A stretch of DNA of 54,227 nt from Planctomycetota bacterium (GCA_039201055.1 JBCCRW010000001.1:1-54227); one strand, 5' to 3'. Positions 10,201 to 20,123 are shown, numbered from the stretch's first letter. The notes: generated by a model from the letters alone, not told the origin. Made by a program: numbers and translations.

Positions 10201-10284
10201 CGAGGCGCCGGGTCTGTGGGTCGAATCTCCTTGCAACAGGATCGACCGCTACAGAGCGAAAACTTGAAAGCCGATGGCGAGAAT

Positions 10285-10560
10285 TCAGCGGGTTTTGGCG
10301 ATGGAACGGGCCGACGCAAATTCCGCCAATCCGTCGACCAGCGCGTCCAGTTGCGTTACCAACCAAGGTTCGAACAAGTCTTCGACAGCCCCGTCATAAC
10401 GGCACTGCAGGTGGCTCCAGTTGGCCGGCGGTCGGCCAGAGGTCGCATCCGCAGCGACGGCATTCGCCGTTTCGGCGATTTGATCGCTCGCGGATGCGGC
10501 ATCCTCAAACGTGGAATCATTCGTCGGCAATTGTGGTCCTTTTGAGTTGGGTGTCGTCAT
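10285..10560 (-). CDS. Small hypothetical protein
   Basis: ORF co-oriented upstream of the TPR gene, fills an otherwise empty gap, and has an amphipathic C-terminal helix (LFEPWLVTQLDALVDGLAEF). Confidence 0.5.
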   Translation of the reverse strand: MTTPNSKGPQLPTNDSTFEDAASASDQIAETANAVAADATSGRPPANWSHLQCRYDGAVEDLFEPWLVTQLDALVDGLAEFASARSIAKTR

Positions 10561-11068
10561 CGTTGTGGATCCACGTTTCTTGGCGGGCGGAAGGGCAAGC
10601 GGGTTCGGCGGGGCGAAAAACAGCGACCGGTATGCAGACACTCAAAACGTCGTCGAGGTTCTGCGTCGCGGTTTGGGATGAATTGAGGTTCCAACATCAA
10701 GTTTTCGAAAGTTCTATTGAGCAAGCACCGTGCCGGGTTTGCTTGCATTTCGTCATTGCGGCCGCAAGTCGAAGATCCCATGGCACTTACGTTTTTGCTG
10801 TTGAATCCTGGACAAAATCATTCGCGTGTTTTCTACGCGGCACCTGTTGAAAAATGCCAACATGGCAGGCAGCGAAAACGACCTGGCTATGAAGTATTTT
10901 CGCGGTTGAAGGGCAATCGGTTGCGTCGGAAAACTTGAATCGGCAAAAGAAAGGCGGATCGATTGCCCACTTTGGCCATTCCGGTGGGTGTTCCGCTTCC
11001 CATGGAGCACTTCGGTCTGTCCGCTTCCGCTTCTCATTTGGTCTGCTTCCATGACTTGGGCCGTCTTC

Positions 11069-11638
11069 ATGAATCCACGTTTTTCGGCTTCGCTTGCCGT
11101 CATCGCTGCCGTCGCGCTGGCCCACGGCCCCACTGCTCACGCGGAAAAGGGATCCCAGCCCCAGGTGGGTGCCGCGGCGCCCGATTTTGAGCTTCCCGCG
11201 GTCGCGGGCGGCCGCAGCGGCCAAGTCAAGCTTTCCGAGGTGACCGCCAAGTCCGACGTCGTGCTGGTCATGCTGCGGGGATGGCCCGGGTACCAATGCC
11301 CGTTGTGCTCCCGCCAGGTCGGCGATTTTGTGAAATCCGCGAAAGCGTTTTCTGATAAAGGTGCCGAGGTCTTGCTGGTGTACCCGGGTCCGGCGAGCCA
11401 ATTGTCCGACAAAGCCAAGGCGTTCCTGCGATCAAGCCGGCTGCCCAAGAACTTTACGATGGTGACCGATCCGGACTATGAAATGACCCAGGCTTACGGT
11501 TTGCGCTGGGCGGCGACCCGAGAAACGGCGTACCCGGCGACGTTTGTCATCGGTACCGATGGCAAGATCTCGTGGTCCAAAATCAGCAAATCGCATGGCG
11601 GCAGGACAAACGCGAAAGAGGTGCTCGCGCAGCTGTAA
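11069..11638 (+). CDS. Exported peroxiredoxin-like/redoxin (AhpC/TSA) protein
   Basis: Signal peptide ending AHA, VGAAAPDFEL, RGWPGYQCPLC (CxxC), DPDYEMTQAYGL, PATFVIGTDGKI. Confidence 0.88.
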   Translation: MNPRFSASLAVIAAVALAHGPTAHAEKGSQPQVGAAAPDFELPAVAGGRSGQVKLSEVTAKSDVVLVMLRGWPGYQCPLCSRQVGDFVKSAKAFSDKGAEVLLVYPGPASQLSDKAKAFLRSSRLPKNFTMVTDPDYEMTQAYGLRWAATRETAYPATFVIGTDGKISWSKISKSHGGRTNAKEVLAQL

Positions 11639-11663
11639 TGCCTTGTTCCAAGCGAACATAAGG

Positions 11664-11728
11664 GTAGCCGTTGTTCGCCAGAACACGGAGGTGTTCGGGA
11701 GTTCCGGCTTCTGGCGAAGGCCAGCTAC
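11664..11728. repeat. REP-like inverted doublet, family A (GTAGC-N5-TTCGCCAGAA core)
   Basis: GTAGCCGTTGTTCGCCAGAACACGG (11664-11688) facing CCGGCTTCTGGCGAAGGCCAGCTAC (11704-11728), between convergent genes. Confidence 0.8.
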
Positions 11729-11771
11729 GGAGCGGCCTGTCGCCGCTCACAAATCGATCTCCGGTGCAAAG

Positions 11772-11824
11772 GTGAGCGACAGGGCGCGAGCCGTCGGTCC
11801 CCAGTACCGCGTACCGGCGGCTAC
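11772..11824. repeat. REP-like element, family C (GTGAGCG...AGCCGTCGGT) with inverted partner
   Basis: GTGAGCGACAGGGCGCGAGCCGTCGGT at 11772-11798 and ACCGGCGGCT at 11813-11822; related copies at 31776-31871 and 35791-35817. Confidence 0.6.
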
Positions 11825-11835
11825 GAGATTCGTTT

Positions 11836-12669
11836 TTACAGGCTGCCGGTTTCGATGCCGTCGTTGATCGCGTTGGAGATCAAATCGGCGATTGCCGGCG
11901 CCGGTTGGCTGGGCGGATGAGGCGGCAACTCACGCTGTTTGACAAAGATCTGCATCCGATTGGCGACGTCCTCGGCGGCAACCGAATCCATCGGCACATC
12001 CAGCCTGTAGCCGCTGGGCTCGTCGGGATCAACAATCAGCACGGGCTTAAGCAAATCTTGGAAATCGTAAGCGGTCACCTTTTTGGCGGCGACGGCGGAC
12101 TGGATGGCAAGCCAGTCGGATTCGAACTGATCAAGAATTTTAGCGGCATCGGAACTAGCGGCGTCCGCTGAATCACCCGCGTCGGCTGGATCCGCCGTGT
12201 CTTCGGCCAGCTTGCGAAGCGTACTGTGGACCGCCTGCATGTGTCCCCATTGCAGCACCGGCAAACTTTGCAGCCGTGTCATGATGCCGGTCGCGGTATC
12301 GTTGTCGAAACGGCCGTTTTCAAGCTGCGTGCCCAATTCACGAATCTTCGCGACGACCGCCTTCTTGTCGTCCGGTTCAAGCTGACTCTGCTCCAACTCG
12401 GGCAGGTAATTCTTGGTAATGGTGCGGGTGGCGATCTCCGCCCGCTGCGAATACAGATAGGCCGTCGAAACCCCGAAACAAACGAAACCAAAAATGCCCA
12501 TCAACACGGTTCCGGCAAGCAGTGCGGGCATCCAACCGGGGCCCTCATCGATCTGCCGATCGTCGACTTGCCGATCGTCGATTTGCCGGTCGTCGATTTG
12601 CCGTTCAGCGGCTTGCTGATTATCGATCTGCTGATTATCGGGGGGCAATTGCGATTCGGAATCAGTCAC
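11836..12669 (-). CDS. Hypothetical single-pass membrane protein with N-terminal QIDDR repeats
   Basis: 277-aa ORF with one TM ([25 protein letters not shown]); start overlaps the greA stop by 8 nt. Confidence 0.75.
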   Translation of the reverse strand: MTDSESQLPPDNQQIDNQQAAERQIDDRQIDDRQVDDRQIDEGPGWMPALLAGTVLMGIFGFVCFGVSTAYLYSQRAEIATRTITKNYLPELEQSQLEPDDKKAVVAKIRELGTQLENGRFDNDTATGIMTRLQSLPVLQWGHMQAVHSTLRKLAEDTADPADAGDSADAASSDAAKILDQFESDWLAIQSAVAAKKVTAYDFQDLLKPVLIVDPDEPSGYRLDVPMDSVAAEDVANRMQIFVKQRELPPHPPSQPAPAIADLISNAINDGIETGSL

Positions 12670-13141
12670 GGAATTCGATCTTCAAAATTTTGAATTTTAA
12701 GCGTCCGGCGGGCGCATCGATCTCGACTTCCGTGCCAACTTTTTTGCCAAGCAGTCCCTGACCGAAGGGGCTCGTGATCGGAATCTTCCCGCCCGCGAAA
12801 TCCTCTTCGCCGGCGCCCACGAGCGTGTATTCCTCCTCGTCCCCGTACTCGAGATCTTCAACCGTAACGGTGCAACCGAAGACCACTTCGTCCTTGGGCA
12901 ACTGTGACACGTCGACGATGGACGCTCGCGCGATCTTGTCCTTCAACTCCAGGACCTTGGCCATCACCATGCCCTGGTTTTCGCGTTGAGCGTGGTATTC
13001 GGCATTCTCCTTGAGGTCACCTTCTTCTCGCGCGTCGGCGATCTTTTGGGTGATCTTGGGAAGCTCTTCTTTTTCCAGACGCTCGATTTCGGCTTTGATT
13101 TTGTTGTAGCCTTCGCGGGTCATGGGTACCGATTCGATCAT
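12662..13141 (-). CDS. greA: Transcription elongation factor GreA
   Basis: [54 protein letters not shown]. Confidence 0.96.
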   Translation of the reverse strand: MIESVPMTREGYNKIKAEIERLEKEELPKITQKIADAREEGDLKENAEYHAQRENQGMVMAKVLELKDKIARASIVDVSQLPKDEVVFGCTVTVEDLEYGDEEEYTLVGAGEEDFAGGKIPITSPFGQGLLGKKVGTEVEIDAPAGRLKFKILKIEFRD

Positions 13142-13254
13142 GGCACCGTCACTGGGGTGGGGGAGCGAGGAGAGGGGCCCGAGTGATTCCGCTCGCGACG
13201 ATTCGCGGCGTCGCCATCCCGCACAAACGCGGTGCCGGCAATCTGCTCGTGACC

Positions 13255-13291
13255 AAACAAAAAACCTTTCCCAGCGGGATGGGAAAGGTTT
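13255..13291 (-). terminator. Intrinsic (Rho-independent) terminator on the minus strand
   Basis: Perfect 12-bp inverted repeat AAACCTTTCCCA-N6-TGGGAAAGGTTT; on the minus strand the GC-containing stem runs into TTTTTTGTTT. Confidence 0.8.
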
Positions 13292-13366
13292 GCACGATAC
13301 TGCATTTTGGGGGTTGGAACCCTAAACGACAAGCCCAATCGGGTATCGCGTCACGCCGACCGGTGA

Positions 13367-14395
13367 TTATCGCGAAATGCTCAGGCTGCCCTTCATGCCC
13401 GGATTCATCCGGCGCTGGCGGTTTTCCAAATCCGCAAACAGCCTGGTTTGGCCGGTGAACACGTCCAGTTCCGGACTGACAAAGGTCACCTTCCCGACAG
13501 CCGGCGGGTCATTCGGGTGAGCCCCCAAAGGTCGGAATTGAACCGTCTTGCCCACCAATTCACTGCCGTAGCGGCGACCATCGATGAAGCATTCGACGCG
13601 TAGCTTGTCGAGCGACACGATTCGAATCACCGGTTTTCCCGTGTCGATCCATTGCCCGGGTTTGGCCGGCACCTCCACAATCGTCCCGCGAGTGGGGCTT
13701 AGGATTGAATGTCTGGCGAGCTTGGCCTTGACGACGTCGGCGGCGGATGCCTTTTCGGCCGCGCCCGCTTGAGCGATTGCCCGTTGGTGATCGGCCTGTT
13801 CAATCGACAAACGTGCCTGGTCGACCGTCAAGCGAAGTTTGTTCAGTTCGGATTCCGGGACGGAGCCGGCAAATCGCTGGTTGGCGAATTCCGACATCTC
13901 CAATTCCTTTTGACGCACTTCAAAGGAGCGTCGGGCAAAACGAATGTCGACATCATTGTCCGCCGCGATACCGGCGGCGGTCGCGGCAGCCTGGGCGGCG
14001 CGGAGTTCCGCACGAACGACGTCGTCGCGAAGGTGAACCAACAATTGGCCAAGTTCCACTTCGTCGCCTTCACGCACGAGCACTTGATCAATTCGTGCGG
14101 GCACCTCGGCCGCGACCGTCGTGTTCTCGATCAAGCTCAATTGAGCGTCGCTGATCGTGATGGCGTCACCATCTTCCCTTGCCGGTGGAACGGGCGTTGA
14201 TGCTGGAACGGGCGTTGACTCTGGAACGGGCGTTGCCGGTGGCGTGGGAACCGGCGGTACCCCCGGCGGCATTACCTCTTGCGTCGTTACCTCTGGCAAC
14301 TGGGCCGCGGCAGATGGCGTGTCCAAGCGGATGGTTTGCAGGGTGACGCAGAGGACCGCGATGGCCAGCGAAGACGCTTGAAATCGGGAAATCAT
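13367..14395 (-). CDS. HlyD/RND-type periplasmic adaptor (membrane fusion protein)
   Basis: VAAEVPARIDQVLVREGDEVELGQLLVHL lipoyl half, coiled coil, ILSPTRGTI, GKVTFVSPELD, NPGMKG. Start taken at ATG 14395. Confidence 0.87.
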   Translation of the reverse strand: MISRFQASSLAIAVLCVTLQTIRLDTPSAAAQLPEVTTQEVMPPGVPPVPTPPATPVPESTPVPASTPVPPAREDGDAITISDAQLSLIENTTVAAEVPARIDQVLVREGDEVELGQLLVHLRDDVVRAELRAAQAAATAAGIAADNDVDIRFARRSFEVRQKELEMSEFANQRFAGSVPESELNKLRLTVDQARLSIEQADHQRAIAQAGAAEKASAADVVKAKLARHSILSPTRGTIVEVPAKPGQWIDTGKPVIRIVSLDKLRVECFIDGRRYGSELVGKTVQFRPLGAHPNDPPAVGKVTFVSPELDVFTGQTRLFADLENRQRRMNPGMKGSLSISR

Positions 14396-14475
14396 GTTAG
14401 GCTCGCGATAAGGGAAGTCCATTTCCCCAATATTGTGTTTCGCCCGAACCACGAATTGCACCGAAGAATTCCGCA

Positions 14476-14832
14476 ATGAAGCCAAATCCATCCTCCGATC
14501 ATGAGCTTTGTATCGGTTTCACCACGCTGGCGGACCGCGAACAGGCCGATCGCCTGGCAGCGCGCTTGGTCCAGGCCGGTTTAGCGGCGTGTGTCCAGAT
14601 CGATGGGCCGATCATCAGCCACTATCACTGGGACGGCCAATCATGCCGCGATGAAGAATTTCGCCTGGTCATCAAGACGACGCGGAACCGGCTGGAGGAT
14701 CTTCGCGTGTGGATCGAAAACGAGCATCCCTATGACCAACCACAGTGGTTGGTGATTGCGGCTATCGATACATCACCGGGCTACGCAAAGTGGGCGGCCC
14801 AGCAGTGTGACCCCGAATCGAGCGGACCATAA
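14476..14832 (+). CDS. cutA: Divalent-cation tolerance protein CutA
   Basis: LAARLVQAGLAACVQI, SHYHWDG, EEFRLVIKT, HPYDQPQ. Confidence 0.93.
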   Translation: MKPNPSSDHELCIGFTTLADREQADRLAARLVQAGLAACVQIDGPIISHYHWDGQSCRDEEFRLVIKTTRNRLEDLRVWIENEHPYDQPQWLVIAAIDTSPGYAKWAAQQCDPESSGP

Positions 14833-14837
14833 GGGCT

Positions 14838-14862
14838 CCGGCGTCTGGCGAAGTCCGGCTAC
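14838..14862. repeat. REP-like singlet, family A
   Basis: CCGGCGTCTGGCGAAGTCCGGCTAC just after the cutA stop, between convergent genes. Confidence 0.65.
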
Positions 14863-14892
14863 CCGAAGGATGAGTGGCAACTGACGACTAAG

Positions 14893-15732
14893 TTACGGTT
14901 GTGCCTGCAACCAACGAACCGCGTTGGCCAAGACGTCCAGGAAGACCTTGTCCTTAAAAGTCGCTTTGCTGTGGCCGTAGGTTGTGCCAAAAACATTGGC
15001 CTTGCCGTAGCGGTTGGTCCAAAACACGGCGTGCTCTTCTTGGTCTTTTTCGCTGGGACTGGTCGCCAGGACCTCGGTATTCGGCCACACCTTTTCGATG
15101 ATGTAAAGCTCGTCGTTGGCCGAGGTGTAATCCTTGGGCACGCCTTTCATGATGGGGTGCGAGGCCTTGCGAACGGTGACGGGATATTCGCTTTTGTGAT
15201 CGTGCCGACGACTGGTCACGCCCAAAAATTCACGCCAATCGTCGATTTTCGCGTCGCGATAGGTGTGCATGGCGCAGTGAATCACCATGGCATCGACGCC
15301 GTCATAATGCGCCTTGGTGATGCGGCGAATGTAATCGGGGTCCTTGGTGCCCGCGAAGCACTCGTTGTGAATCACCAAGTCGAAACCCTTCGCCCAATCC
15401 GGATTGTCATACAAAGCGATCTTCGCCTTGGTTCCCGTGCCGCCTTCGGCAACCACGGTCCACTTCGCGGCGATACCACGCTCCTTGAAGGCCAACTGCA
15501 GCGCCTTGGTTTGAAAGTCATAATCGTGGCAACAGCCGCTGGTCACCAACAAGATGTCGACCGGTTCGCTTGCGTTATCTTCGGCCGGCGCTTCGGCCAA
15601 GACCCTCGGCAGCCCAACCACGGCTCCGATCGAAAAAGCGGTTGTCACGATTATGAACGACTTGAAGACGATACCGCAACATGCGATTCGAAGTGCGTCG
15701 CCGCGGATGGAAATTGGCTCAGAGTTTCTCAT
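14893..15732 (-). CDS. ThuA-like (class I glutamine amidotransferase-like fold) domain protein, probably exported
   Basis: LLVTSGCCHDY, IHCAMHTYR, WREFLGVTS, HPIMKG, DELY, FGTTYGH; ATGA overlap with apt. Confidence 0.8.
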   Translation of the reverse strand: MRNSEPISIRGDALRIACCGIVFKSFIIVTTAFSIGAVVGLPRVLAEAPAEDNASEPVDILLVTSGCCHDYDFQTKALQLAFKERGIAAKWTVVAEGGTGTKAKIALYDNPDWAKGFDLVIHNECFAGTKDPDYIRRITKAHYDGVDAMVIHCAMHTYRDAKIDDWREFLGVTSRRHDHKSEYPVTVRKASHPIMKGVPKDYTSANDELYIIEKVWPNTEVLATSPSEKDQEEHAVFWTNRYGKANVFGTTYGHSKATFKDKVFLDVLANAVRWLQAQP

Positions 15733-16301
15733 CGGTCGATACCGCTACGATTGCTGGGGCTGAGTTCGGATTCATGATCGTCGCCATCATATTTCAGAAC
15801 CGTTTCAATACGATGTGGCGACAGCCGCAGATGACCGCCCAGCGGAACCAAATGGATCAGGAAGGAACAACCGACGACTTCGGCGTCGCAGCGTCGCACC
15901 AAGTCCACGCATGCGGCGACGGTGCCGCCGGTGGCCAGCAAGTCGTCGACGATCAACACGCGACTGCCCGAGGGCAAAGCATCGGTGTGAACTTGAAGTT
16001 CGTCGGTTCCATATTCCAAGTCATAGCTTTGTCGATGCACCGTGTGGGGCAACTTGCCGGGCTTGCGAATGGGCACAAAACCCGCGCCCAAGGTCTGGGC
16101 CACCGACGTGCCAAAGATAAACCCACGAGCTTCGGCGGCGGCGACAAAATCAACCTTTTGGTCGGCGAAGGGCGCCGCCATCGCTTCCACCGACTGAGCC
16201 AGGGCCTCGGCATCGGCCAGTAGCGGTGTGATGTCGCGAAACAAAATGCCCGGCTTTGGATAATCGGGGATGTCGCGAACCAAACGATAAAGCTCTTTCA
16301 T
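15729..16301 (-). CDS. apt: Adenine phosphoribosyltransferase
   Basis: IPDYPKPGILFRDITPLL, AEARGFIFG, IRKPGKLP, YDLEYG, VLIVDDLLATGGT. Start ATG 16301. Confidence 0.96.
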   Translation of the reverse strand: MKELYRLVRDIPDYPKPGILFRDITPLLADAEALAQSVEAMAAPFADQKVDFVAAAEARGFIFGTSVAQTLGAGFVPIRKPGKLPHTVHRQSYDLEYGTDELQVHTDALPSGSRVLIVDDLLATGGTVAACVDLVRRCDAEVVGCSFLIHLVPLGGHLRLSPHRIETVLKYDGDDHESELSPSNRSGIDR

Positions 16302-16466
16302 TGAAAACGTTGGGTGACGGTGAACGGGTCGACGGGATGGCAAGCACGGGCTCTTTGGGTCCAAAGCCGCGATTCGGAAAAATCTTGGTTTTCAGAGCTG
16401 CCATGCGGGCCGGCATTGTAAGCGACGGTCGCTTCATCAAACCATCGAATTTGTTACGCTGCGGCG

Positions 16467-17384
16467 ATGAATTCACCCGCGACACGCCCGGGTCCATCCG
16501 GGCCCGAATCCTTGCCGTTGATCAATTTGCCGTTCATCAAGATGCACGGCGCCGGTAACGACTATGTCTACATCGATACCTTTGACGGAAAATCAATTGA
16601 TGATCCGCACACGCTGGCGCGACAAATGTCGCACCGTCGTTTCGGCGTCGGGGGCGACGGGTTGATTTTGATTCATCCCAGCGAGGTTGCCGACGCACGG
16701 ATGCAAATGCACAACGCCGACGGCAGCGAAAGCGAAATGTGTGGCAATGGAATTCGGTGCGTTGCGAAATATTTGTATGACGAAGGCTTGGTCCACAAGC
16801 CCGAGCTGCGGATCGAAACCGGCGCCGGCGTGCTGACGCTGCGATTGGAACCCGATGCGTCCGACCGGGTTAAACAGGTGACCGTCAACATGGGGCGGCC
16901 GCGTTTGAGTGCCGCCGAAATCCCGACCACGGTGTTGTCCAACGACGACAGGGTGATTGACGTGCCGGTCGAGTTTGATGGGAAGACCTATGCGGTGACC
17001 TGTGTATCGATGGGCAATCCGCATTGTGTGCTGTTTGTTCCCGAGGCCAGCGATGCGTTGGTGTTAGGCTTGGGGCCCCGAATCGAAACCGATCCGCGCT
17101 TCCCCAAACGCACCAATGTCGAATTCGTGGAAGTGATTTCGCGCGGCGAGGTCCGGCAGCGAACGTGGGAACGCGGTAGCGGCGAAACCTGGGCCTGCGG
17201 CACGGGCGCGTCGGCGGTCTGCGTCGCCGGTGTGCTGACCGGACGCACCGAAGATCGCATTTTGAACCATTTGGTCGGCGGCGATTTGCGGCTGCACTAC
17301 GACGGCGAAGTGGTGTGGATGACCGGCGGAGCGGTCACCACGTTTCGCGGCAGCTGGTCGATGCCAAACGCGACGGCGACGTGA
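16467..17384 (+). CDS. dapF: Diaminopimelate epimerase
   Basis: FIKMHGAGNDY, GVGGDGLI, EMCGNGIRC, SMGNPHCV, NVEF, ERGSGETWACGTG. Confidence 0.96.
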   Translation: MNSPATRPGPSGPESLPLINLPFIKMHGAGNDYVYIDTFDGKSIDDPHTLARQMSHRRFGVGGDGLILIHPSEVADARMQMHNADGSESEMCGNGIRCVAKYLYDEGLVHKPELRIETGAGVLTLRLEPDASDRVKQVTVNMGRPRLSAAEIPTTVLSNDDRVIDVPVEFDGKTYAVTCVSMGNPHCVLFVPEASDALVLGLGPRIETDPRFPKRTNVEFVEVISRGEVRQRTWERGSGETWACGTGASAVCVAGVLTGRTEDRILNHLVGGDLRLHYDGEVVWMTGGAVTTFRGSWSMPNATAT

Positions 17385-18658
17385 CGATGTTTGACGACGA
17401 CCTGGGCCTGGACGGCGCCGGTGGCAATGGAATCGGCGGCGATGGAATCGGTGGCGAGCCACGGATTCCCGAGATGACGGTTTCACAGTTCAATCAGTCC
17501 GTGAAGATGCTGATCGAACAGGCGATTCCCGAAATTCAGCTTCGCGGTGAAGTGTCCGGCTTGGCCCGCCCACGCAGCGGCCACCTGTACTTCACGCTCA
17601 AGGACGACCAATCGCAACTTCGCTGCGTGATGTGGCGTGATGCGGCGCGGCGGATCGAATCCTCGCTGGGCAAGCCACTGCGCGACGGCGACGCGGTGCA
17701 TTGCGGCGGCCGCGTCGACGTGTACGTGCCACGCGGCCAATACCAGTTAAGCGTCGTGCGTTTGACACAGGCCGGTGTCGGCACCTTGCAGCAACGCTTT
17801 GAAGGGCTGAAGGCGAAGTTGAACGCCGAAGGCTGGTTTGATGCTGATCGCAAACGCCCCATCGTCAGCGTGCCGCGACGGATCGCGGTCGTCACCAGTC
17901 CCAGTGGCGCCGCGATTCGCGACTTTTTGCAGGCCGCGGGACGTCGTTGGAACGGTGTCGAGATCATTGTGGTCCCCACTCGGGTGCAAGGCGATGGTTC
18001 GGCCCGTGAAGTGGCCCGAGCAATTGGTCTGGCCCAGCAACTTCAGCCCCGCTGCGACACCATCGTCATCACGCGTGGTGGCGGCAGCATGGAGGACTTG
18101 TGGAGTTTCAACGAGGAGGTCGTCGTTCACGCGGTGGGCAAGTGTTCCATCCCAATGGTGTCGGCGATCGGTCACGAAATCGACGTCACGCTGTGTGATT
18201 TGGTCGCCGACCGTCGGGCAATGACGCCCACCGATGCCGCCAACGTTGCGCTGCCGGATCGGGACAGCATTGCCGAAATGACGCGGCAATTTCGCAAACG
18301 GCTGGATGAATCTTTGCGGAATCAAATCCGGCGCCTGAGCACGCAACTTGACTTCCTAGCCGAACGCCCCTGCCTGGCGCGGCCGGATGAATGGATTCAA
18401 GACCGGCACCAAATGCTCGATTACCTCGACCAGAACTTGCAAACGCATTCGCGACGAATCCTCGAAAGCGGATCGGCACAATTGAGTTCGCTGGCGGCCT
18501 CACTCGATGCCCTGTCGCCGCTCAAGGTGCTGGCCCGGGGTTACAGCGTCACGCTGCGGGACAATGGTGCTCTGGTGCAATCGTCTGCAGATGTCCGCCC
18601 CGGGGACGAGATCGAAACTCGTGTCGCCGATGGGACTTTTCGCTCGCGGGTGATTTGA
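17381..18658 (+). CDS. xseA: Exodeoxyribonuclease VII large subunit
   Basis: GEVSG..SGHLYFTLKD, VVTSPSGAAIRD, RGGGSMEDLWSFN, AIGHEIDVTLCDLVADRRAMTPT, LSPLKVLARGYS. GTGA overlap with dapF; alternative ATG at 17387. Confidence 0.96.
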   Translation: MTMFDDDLGLDGAGGNGIGGDGIGGEPRIPEMTVSQFNQSVKMLIEQAIPEIQLRGEVSGLARPRSGHLYFTLKDDQSQLRCVMWRDAARRIESSLGKPLRDGDAVHCGGRVDVYVPRGQYQLSVVRLTQAGVGTLQQRFEGLKAKLNAEGWFDADRKRPIVSVPRRIAVVTSPSGAAIRDFLQAAGRRWNGVEIIVVPTRVQGDGSAREVARAIGLAQQLQPRCDTIVITRGGGSMEDLWSFNEEVVVHAVGKCSIPMVSAIGHEIDVTLCDLVADRRAMTPTDAANVALPDRDSIAEMTRQFRKRLDESLRNQIRRLSTQLDFLAERPCLARPDEWIQDRHQMLDYLDQNLQTHSRRILESGSAQLSSLAASLDALSPLKVLARGYSVTLRDNGALVQSSADVRPGDEIETRVADGTFRSRVI

Positions 18659-18669
18659 TCACCCGCCGG

Positions 18670-19950
18670 CTATTTCTTGAGGTCTTTGCTCTTCAAGAAC
18701 ACGGCATATTCGTCAGCGCTAATCTTGCCGTCACGGTTGTAGTCGGCCGCCTTGGGAGACATCAGCATGTCCTGCCATTCCGAGGCCGTTAGCACGCCGT
18801 CACTGTTCTTGTCATTCCGAGAGATTATGCGTTTGGCGAACTTGACATATTTGGGATCGGCCTTGGGCATGGGACCGCTGGGGGCGGCCGCCGCGGGCTG
18901 GCTGCTGCTTGCACCCGAGGCATCACCGGCAAGGACTTCCGATGCCGGCCCCTCTTCGACGTTGCGAACCGCTTCGGCAAAGGTGATCACGCCATCGCGA
19001 TTGAAGTCGTATTCCGCAAATTGCTCGAACAAGTCGTTTGTCCATTCGGATGAAAATTCCGCCATGGTGACCTGTCCGTCACCGTTGGCGTCCTTGTCGG
19101 ACACGATTCCCGGCACACCCTCGGGTGCCGACCGCCCATCCAGTGCTCGGTAGGATCGCCGCCCATTAAACAATTCGGGCGACTCACCGCGTTTGTCCGA
19201 CTTCGTGGCGGGCTTTTCCGATTTTGACGTATCCTGGCTGCGCACCTCGCGTCGCCGAGCCGAGCGGATTGCCAGTTCGACCTGAGACAAGCGGTTGTCG
19301 CGATTGACGTCAAAATCCAGCGGGTTTCCGGAAAACCGCGAGCTGATCTCATCGGCGTCCAAATATCCATTCTTGTTGCGGTCGTATCGGCGAAGGATGT
19401 CGCTGGCATCCTTGTAATCGCGATCCGAATAGGTTGTCGACATCATTTCGGCCGCGGGACCAAAACCGAGTAACAAGGCGGGCATCTTTGCTTCGCCGAA
19501 ACCCGGGACCAGCAATTCGGCCTGCATCGCGTCATCGTCATCGCGCCGGCGATCCCCATCGTCATCGCGTCGGCGATCATCATCATCGCGTCGATCCTCA
19601 TCGCCACCGCGGCCGCGGCCGCGGTCACCGCCACGGCCCGAACCAAACTGTTCGCGCATTTTTGCAAAGCCGGCCTTGATTTTGCCCAGTGGGATCGGCT
19701 GGCCCGGTTTGATGCTGGAATCGAATTCGGCCAAGCGATCAACAAAGCGGGACATCCCGCCCTGCTGTTCGTCGGGATCCAGGACACCGTTCTTGTTCTT
19801 GTCCAATCGATCCAAAAAAGAACTCGGATCAAAACCGCCTCGGCCGCCCCGGTCACCACCGCGACCCCCAAAGGGGGGCTGGGCGGACGCCAGGCCGACA
19901 AAACAGACGGTGAAAATCGCAGCAAAAAATGTTCGTGTGTTCATCTTCAT
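18670..19950 (-). CDS. Secreted multi-EF-hand calcium-binding protein with RGG/RDD low-complexity tracts
   Basis: Signal peptide ending ASA-Q; seven EF-hand-like loops (e.g. DKNKNGVLDPDE, DRNKNGYLDADE, DANGDGQVTMAE, DYNRDGKISADE). Confidence 0.85.
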   Translation of the reverse strand: MKMNTRTFFAAIFTVCFVGLASAQPPFGGRGGDRGGRGGFDPSSFLDRLDKNKNGVLDPDEQQGGMSRFVDRLAEFDSSIKPGQPIPLGKIKAGFAKMREQFGSGRGGDRGRGRGGDEDRRDDDDRRRDDDGDRRRDDDDAMQAELLVPGFGEAKMPALLLGFGPAAEMMSTTYSDRDYKDASDILRRYDRNKNGYLDADEISSRFSGNPLDFDVNRDNRLSQVELAIRSARRREVRSQDTSKSEKPATKSDKRGESPELFNGRRSYRALDGRSAPEGVPGIVSDKDANGDGQVTMAEFSSEWTNDLFEQFAEYDFNRDGVITFAEAVRNVEEGPASEVLAGDASGASSSQPAAAAPSGPMPKADPKYVKFAKRIISRNDKNSDGVLTASEWQDMLMSPKAADYNRDGKISADEYAVFLKSKDLKK

Positions 19951-20123
19951 GAAACCCATTTCATCCCGGTGTGTTTCGCCAAATGGCCGAAAAAGCAAAC
20001 ACGACAATGTGGGAACACGATGGCGTCCCCAAACGGAAGCCAATACCCCCTGCCCGATTCGAACGAGCGTTCCGAGCGGAAAAGCCCGGCGTCCTGGGCC
20101 ACTAGACGAAGGGGGCCATGCAT

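Noticed and set aside
10641-11068. AT-richer stretch with several short ORFs
   Set aside because: Best explained as a divergent promoter region; no convincing coding or RNA structure signal.
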